The position numbers were made by a program, and so were the translations under genes. Positions 58,956 to 64,000 of a stretch of 64,000 nt of DNA are shown piece by piece (within the stretch, counting starts at the first letter, position 1; each line of letters opens with the position of its first letter). The stretch is from positions 512,001-576,000 of the forward strand of contig CAXXUO010000001.1 in assembly GCA_963666485.2 (NCBI GenBank), read 5' to 3'. The stretch comes from Syntrophorhabdaceae bacterium (GTDB lineage: Bacteria; Desulfobacterota; Syntrophorhabdia; Syntrophorhabdales; Syntrophorhabdaceae). The notes beneath the pieces were generated by a model, which saw nothing but the letters and a program-made list of their open reading frames with translations, was not told where the DNA came from and made no database searches.

Positions 58956-61727
58956 TTAGTATATCGGGCTTGCAAGAAGCCCGCCAGGCTGCGGCGGCAG
59001 CCCGTCCCTTCCCTTCATCACGAAGGTACTCATCTCCTCCTCGTTCTCCGCACAGGACTTCGGCATAAGTGAAGCGATGTTGAGGAACGTGTCCGGGAGG
59101 TCGACCATGGTGGCGCTCACGTCCACGTACGGGGCGCTAATGCCCACCGTACCCGACAGCCCGAAGCTTGACGATGCACTGACAAAGCTGTCAGGGCTCG
59201 TGAGGAAGGCGTTCGAAACGATGTTGATGTGGCCGCCGTCACCGTATTCCGCGTTCGCGATGATGTTGCTTGCATTCTCGAGGATCACGTTGTCCGCCAC
59301 GATATTGATATTGCCACCGTTGCCAATTCCACCTACACTCGCCGTGATCGAGCTGTTGGTCAGTCGAAGGAGCCACGGGTCTATCGAGATATTGCCGCCG
59401 TCTGTGCTCACCGTCGCCGCCGTGATAGAACTATCCGTCATCTGGATCGTACCCGGAACCTTGATGGTGATGTTGCCGCCGGTGCCGGTGCCGGTGCTCC
59501 GGGTGCCAATGCTTGAGCCGCCGGACATGTAGAGGTCCGACGCGTTGACGTTGATGCTGCCCGCATTGCCTGAACTGTATGTATTAGAGAAAATGCCGCT
59601 CGGCCAGCCAACGTTTGTACCTGAAATGGTCACAGGGCCCGAAGCGTTGACATTGATCGAACCGCCTGTTCCAGTTCCTCGTGTTGAACCGGACAGTTGT
59701 CCCCCCGAAGTAAGGGCCAGGCTGCCGGCATTGAGATCAACGATCCCTGCATTACCCGAATTCCATGCCATCGAGAAAATACCAGTTGGATTATCTTCTC
59801 TCCCTTCTGAGATGCTGACCAGACCCGAAGCATTGACAACTACCGTTCCGCCTGCTCCCGTTCCTCGTGTTGAGCTGGCGAGCTGCCCCCCCGATGTAAG
59901 AGTTAGGTTTCCGACATTAAGGTTTACGGTTCCCGCATGCCCCGAACTCCATGCGCTCGAAAAAATACCACTCGGCCAATCAAAGCTGCCTTCTGAGATG
60001 TTCACCGGGCCCGAAATATTGACATTGACCGTTCCGCCTGCGCCCGTTCCTCGTGATGTGCTAGCAATTTGCGCCTGGGATGCTATGGTCAGGCTTCCCG
60101 CGTTTAGGAATATAGTCCCCGCATTGCCCGAACCCCGCGTGTTCGAGAAAATGCCGGTTGGATAGTGATCGGGATTCATAATCCATCCCGACACGATCAC
60201 AGGACCGGATGCGTTAATATTGATTATCCCGCCATTACCCGTCCCCCTTGTTATGCCGGAGATTTCCCCACCGGATGCCAAGGCAAGGGTGCCTACGTTG
60301 AGGTTAACGCTGCCTCCATTGCCAGAACCTGTCGGGCCTACCCCCGCAGCAATTAACCCGCCATTAGAAGCAGCAAGATATGGCGTGTCTACTGTGATGT
60401 TCCCGCCCTTTCCCGCACCATTCGCCATAGCATAGATACCAGATACTGCTCCGGTAACACTAAATCCGGAGATAATCACTGATTCTGAACTTGCGATGGT
60501 TATGTCTCCTCCTGAACCGATACTTGAGGTATTCGTCGATACATAACTGAGGTCATTCACGATAACATTCTTTGACTTGATATCAATGGTACCGGCATTG
60601 CCAGAACCCCGACCAACTGCGTTAATACCTGAAGAACCTGAAAGAGCGATGTAATCCGCGGCATTGAGGGTAATAGCGCCACCTGATCCGGAATACAAGG
60701 TATCCGATTCAATGAGAGCATGTGATAAACTGATACTGCTCGCATTCACGGTGATACTCCCTCCATTCCCGACTCCTTCTGCTATCGAAACAAAAGTGCC
60801 CCCATTCACGGTAATAGGCCCCGTTGTGGCAATATTGAGAATCCCTCCAGGCCCGGCACCTGAAGAGTTCGTCACTATCGAGCCGCCTGTCAATATGAAT
60901 TGTCCTCCCCGGATGTACACGTCACCTCCGGTCGTTTCCCTTGTTGATACATAACTTCGGGATAGTTCTATTGTGCCCAAGTTGCCGAACCCGTTCATTA
61001 ACGGAGGGCCGGTACCAATTGTTACTTCGCCCGGGGAACCGACGCTGATGAGATTGACCTGTCCCCCTGGGGCCCCAATCCAATTACGGGTCATATTAAT
61101 ATCACCTCCGACAATGGATACCATTTTGCCGGTCGGCACGGTTAGTACCGTTGTCGACCAGGCAGATGTGGTGTCTCCCGCAAAGCTTATTGGCGCCGGC
61201 CTTGCGGACAGGAATCCAAATGCCGAAGGCGGGTCTGAGGTAAGGACATCCGCTGCCGGGTTTGAGGCATCAAAACGGCCGGTCGCACCCAACTTTATGT
61301 AGTCCGCCGTGCTGACATGAAAGGAGCCTGTTATACTGAGAGATGCGTTGGGACCAAAAGCAACGCCGTTGGGATTGAAGAAATACATGTTGGCGCCATT
61401 AATGGTCGAAGCCAAAAGACCATCTATATTCGATACATACGACGGGCCGACCCCTGTAACCCGGGAAATTATGTTCTGAACCGATGCCGGCCCGGAAAAC
61501 GTGGCGCTGCCTGAGGTAGGAACACTAAAATTCTGAAAACTGTGAAATAAGTTCCCGCCCACCTGCGTACCTGCCGTTATACCAAAACTCAGAGGACCGC
61601 CGGAAACTACCGTTCCCCGGCTTCCATCGGCCTTGATGGCCTGACCAAACCCTGCAGAAACTGAGATATACAAAAGAAGTACCGCCAGGTATAGCGGCGT
61701 AACGATGGTTCTTTTTATTCCTGTCAT
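58956..61727 (-). CDS. Filamentous-haemagglutinin-family TpsA exoprotein 2
   Basis: NLFHSF, NIISRVTG, YFFNPNGVAFG; beta-helix repeats; C-terminal tail nearly identical to TpsA 1. Confidence 0.9.
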   Translation of the reverse strand: MTGIKRTIVTPLYLAVLLLYISVSAGFGQAIKADGSRGTVVSGGPLSFGITAGTQVGGNLFHSFQNFSVPTSGSATFSGPASVQNIISRVTGVGPSYVSNIDGLLASTINGANMYFFNPNGVAFGPNASLSITGSFHVSTADYIKLGATGRFDASNPAADVLTSDPPSAFGFLSARPAPISFAGDTTSAWSTTVLTVPTGKMVSIVGGDINMTRNWIGAPGGQVNLISVGSPGEVTIGTGPPLMNGFGNLGTIELSRSYVSTRETTGGDVYIRGGQFILTGGSIVTNSSGAGPGGILNIATTGPITVNGGTFVSIAEGVGNGGSITVNASSISLSHALIESDTLYSGSGGAITLNAADYIALSGSSGINAVGRGSGNAGTIDIKSKNVIVNDLSYVSTNTSSIGSGGDITIASSESVIISGFSVTGAVSGIYAMANGAGKGGNITVDTPYLAASNGGLIAAGVGPTGSGNGGSVNLNVGTLALASGGEISGITRGTGNGGIININASGPVIVSGWIMNPDHYPTGIFSNTRGSGNAGTIFLNAGSLTIASQAQIASTSRGTGAGGTVNVNISGPVNISEGSFDWPSGIFSSAWSSGHAGTVNLNVGNLTLTSGGQLASSTRGTGAGGTVVVNASGLVSISEGREDNPTGIFSMAWNSGNAGIVDLNAGSLALTSGGQLSGSTRGTGTGGSINVNASGPVTISGTNVGWPSGIFSNTYSSGNAGSINVNASDLYMSGGSSIGTRSTGTGTGGNITIKVPGTIQMTDSSITAATVSTDGGNISIDPWLLRLTNSSITASVGGIGNGGNINIVADNVILENASNIIANAEYGDGGHINIVSNAFLTSPDSFVSASSSFGLSGTVGISAPYVDVSATMVDLPDTFLNIASLMPKSCAENEEEMSTFVMKGRDGLPPQPGGLLASPIY

Positions 61728-63389
61728 GGGAAACCCCCTTTTACAGGGAAGCCAAAGACAAACTGGAAATTAAAGCCCTGTTCCTGAAGTGAATTGCTCA
61801 CCTTGTCGATGTTCCGGAAAGGATACCCGTAATAGAACTGGAGGCTCATCCGGTTCGCTATGTTCCACATGACGCCCATGCCGGCGCTGCCGATGCTGTC
61901 GGGATCGGGGGTGTCCCTCTTCGAGTTCCATGACCAGCCAAAATCGGTGAAAGGGACGAGGTAGATGATGTTGTTCCCTGATGACGAGGTGTAGATGGGG
62001 ATGCGCAGTTCGAATGAGCTTGCGATGCCGTTGTCCCTGACGAGCTGGTTCTCCGGGTACCCCCGCACGGAGTTGATGCCGCCGATCGAGAACTTTTCGA
62101 TCGGCAGGAGGGGGGTCGCGGGTAAACTGCATGTCCGTCCGGAAAACGAACTGCGTCCCGCCTTCGGTGATCTTGCGCAGGTACTTGACCTGCCCGAGCC
62201 ATGCAAGGAACCGGCCGTCAGGCCCCGGACTATCCCCGCGAGTGGCGCCGAGTATGCTGAGCCCAAGGCTGAAGCTCGACCGGGCCGCGATAATCTGGTT
62301 CTGCGATCGGGAAACATATTCCTGCGCGAACCGGAGCACCCGTACCTTGGACTTGCCGTCGTCCTGCCCTTCCGAGAAGGAGAAGCCTTCCCCCAGCAAA
62401 GTCTGCGTGCTGTCCCTGTAATCACCGGTGAGCGAAAGCCAGAATTCATGCTCAGGGGTCCGTATGATGGGCTGACTCAGGGTGATCCCGAACGTGTTCG
62501 TCAAACTCTTTATGTCGAGGCTGCGGAAAACGTCCTGGATCACCGTGCTCTGGTTGTTCGTGTAGTGAACGTTCAGATACGTGTCATACGCGGTGATCGG
62601 CAGCGAATAGGATATCCTGTATTCGTCGAGGCCCTGCGTCTTCCCGTAGCTGCCCTCCAATACATCGCCCAGACCGAACAGATTCTGGTGGCTGAGCCAC
62701 AGCTCTCCCTTTACATCGCCTATGCTCGGGTTCACGTTGTTGTTGAAGTTTATGCTCGCCTTGTAAGGCAGGTTCTCTTCGACCTTGACGTTAAGCTCAC
62801 CCTCGCCGGGTTTGACCCCGGGCTTCAACTCTGCGTTGAGGCGCTTGATCCGGGAGTCCTGGTTGAGAAGCTGCAGCATGTCCTGGAGTTTTCCCATGTT
62901 CAGAGGGGGGCCGGTGGCACGCTCTATGCGTTTCGTAAAATAGCTTGTCCGGAAGTATTTGTTACCCTCGACGTTGATGCTCGTGATATTGCCTTCGATG
63001 ACCTGGATCCGCACCGTGCCGTCAACGACCTGCTGGTCGGGGATTATGGCACCCGAATTGATATACCCGTTGTTAACGTAATGCAGGGTGATGGCCTGCC
63101 TGAGAGATTCCAGTTCCTCAAAGGTGATCTCCCTGTTCTCGTACGGGGCCGATATCTTTCCGAGCTGCTCGCTTGAAAATATGGTGTTTCCGGTGAACTC
63201 AAACGTTTTGACCTTTATTTTGGGAAGCGTCTTCAAGTCCTGGAACTGGGGGGCCACGGGTGAATATGACGGCTGCTGGTCGATCTGCTGAAGACGTTCC
63301 GCGTAAAGTACCGCAGAATGACAGAAGATAGAGAGAAAACAAAAGAGTCCCGCTGCGAATCCGGAAAGGTATCCGGACCGCCCCGGCAC
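61724..63389 (-). pseudogene. ShlB/FhaC/HecB-family TpsB outer-membrane transporter with a one-base frameshift at 62110-62115
   Basis: POTRA-like start (F.FTGNTIFS, YV.NGYINSGA, IEG.I); C-terminus (EKFSIGG..SVRGY..N....DNG, C-terminal strand F.F.F) is in another frame; the break lies at a G6/C6 run. Start codon uncertain. Confidence 0.85.
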
Positions 63390-63737
63390 TTCTCGCAGCG
63401 GATCATTCCGAAAACGGAAGCGTTTGATCGCCCACCTCTTTTGCTGTTTAATGTTTAAGGTATTTAGTAAATATTGTCATACTCTCTCTAGCATGACAAT
63501 GCTGAAAAATTGGGGTGATAATGTAGTTAATTTCAGTACATTCTCGGCTAATTCGGACAAATAAAGCCCTTTTCACGACGAAAGATCCCCAGTCTGAGCA
63601 ATTCGCGAAAAATTATTGTTTTTGTCGGAAAATTTCATAACAATACAAGAAACGTCTCAGATTTGTTTTAATAGATTTCGATCGACGGGGGGTATCGGAC
63701 GGACGGCGGTCGCCCGGTCAAGTACCAGGGGGGGTGC

Positions 63738-63766
63738 TTGACAAATAGAAAAAGAGTGCTTTACTT
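63738..63766 (+). promoter_or_regulatory. Candidate sigma70 promoter
   Basis: Perfect TTGACA, then TGcTTTACT (weak -10, 16-nt spacer). Confidence 0.45.
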
Positions 63767-63774
63767 ATAGTGAA

Positions 63775-63926
63775 GGGCGGGTAAGCCCAGGCAGCGAGTA
63801 GGTGGAGGGACATATCCGAGTCGAAGGAGAATCGGATTCTCACTTCGAACCTCTTCATACGAAAGCGGAAAACAGGCACAACGCGCGAGAACCTGTGAAA
63901 GCCTGGCTAATCCACCCGATTTTTTT
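63775..63926 (+). ncRNA. Candidate structured RNA of about 150 nt, family not recognised
   Basis: Terminal pairing GGGCGGGTAAGCCCAGGC/GCCTGGCTAATCCACCC; internal stems TCGAAG/CTTCGA, GAGAAT/ATTCTC, ACAGG/CCTGT; T7 tract at the end. Confidence 0.45.
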
Positions 63927-64000
63927 GTCCAAATGCACCCTCCCTGAAAACTGCGGATGAATTTGAGCATGCTGCCTGCTCCATGTATTTTCGTGAATTA

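Noticed and set aside
54431..61727. TpsA proteins as CDI toxins
   Set aside because: No VENN/PT motif, no variable toxin C-terminus and no immunity ORFs.
63761..63970. 69-aa minus-strand ORF
   Set aside because: No RBS or motif; the region is better explained by the plus-strand structured RNA.

Overview
A 64-kb, moderately GC-rich bacterial chromosomal segment. Gene content and selenoprotein usage suggest an anaerobic Desulfobacterota (Syntrophorhabdus-like) host; this is inference only. Most of the window is a mosaic of housekeeping and accessory genes: hisC, metX, HU, a cold-shock protein, uup, a Pit/DUF47 pair, an AmpH-like hydrolase, rnk, a radical SAM enzyme, two fused MFS/spermidine-synthase genes, two RpoD-like sigma factors and a 7-PAS hybrid kinase. 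No rRNA, tRNA, CRISPR array, transposase or integrase was seen. Highlights: (1) two selenoproteins split by in-frame UGA, each with a SECIS-like hairpin: a TrxC-type thioredoxin (WUGHC) and an unusual J-like/TM/glutaredoxin fusion (UPYA); (2) a 14-kb minus-strand operon of TpsB, two TpsA proteins, an exported TPR-CHAT protease, a CHASE2 adenylate cyclase and a DUF928 protein, with a homopolymer frameshift in tpsB, a duplication scar and a probable ATC start codon; (3) an orphan PilB/GspE ATPase fused to a cyclic-nucleotide-binding domain; (4) an NRAMP-like Mg2+ transporter operon with a structured uORF-containing leader and an unannotated 37-aa membrane peptide; (5) candidate structured RNAs, dispersed heptamer palindromic repeats and a secreted protein built of five Cys-bracketed repeats. 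All product calls come from motif recognition by eye, with no database search.
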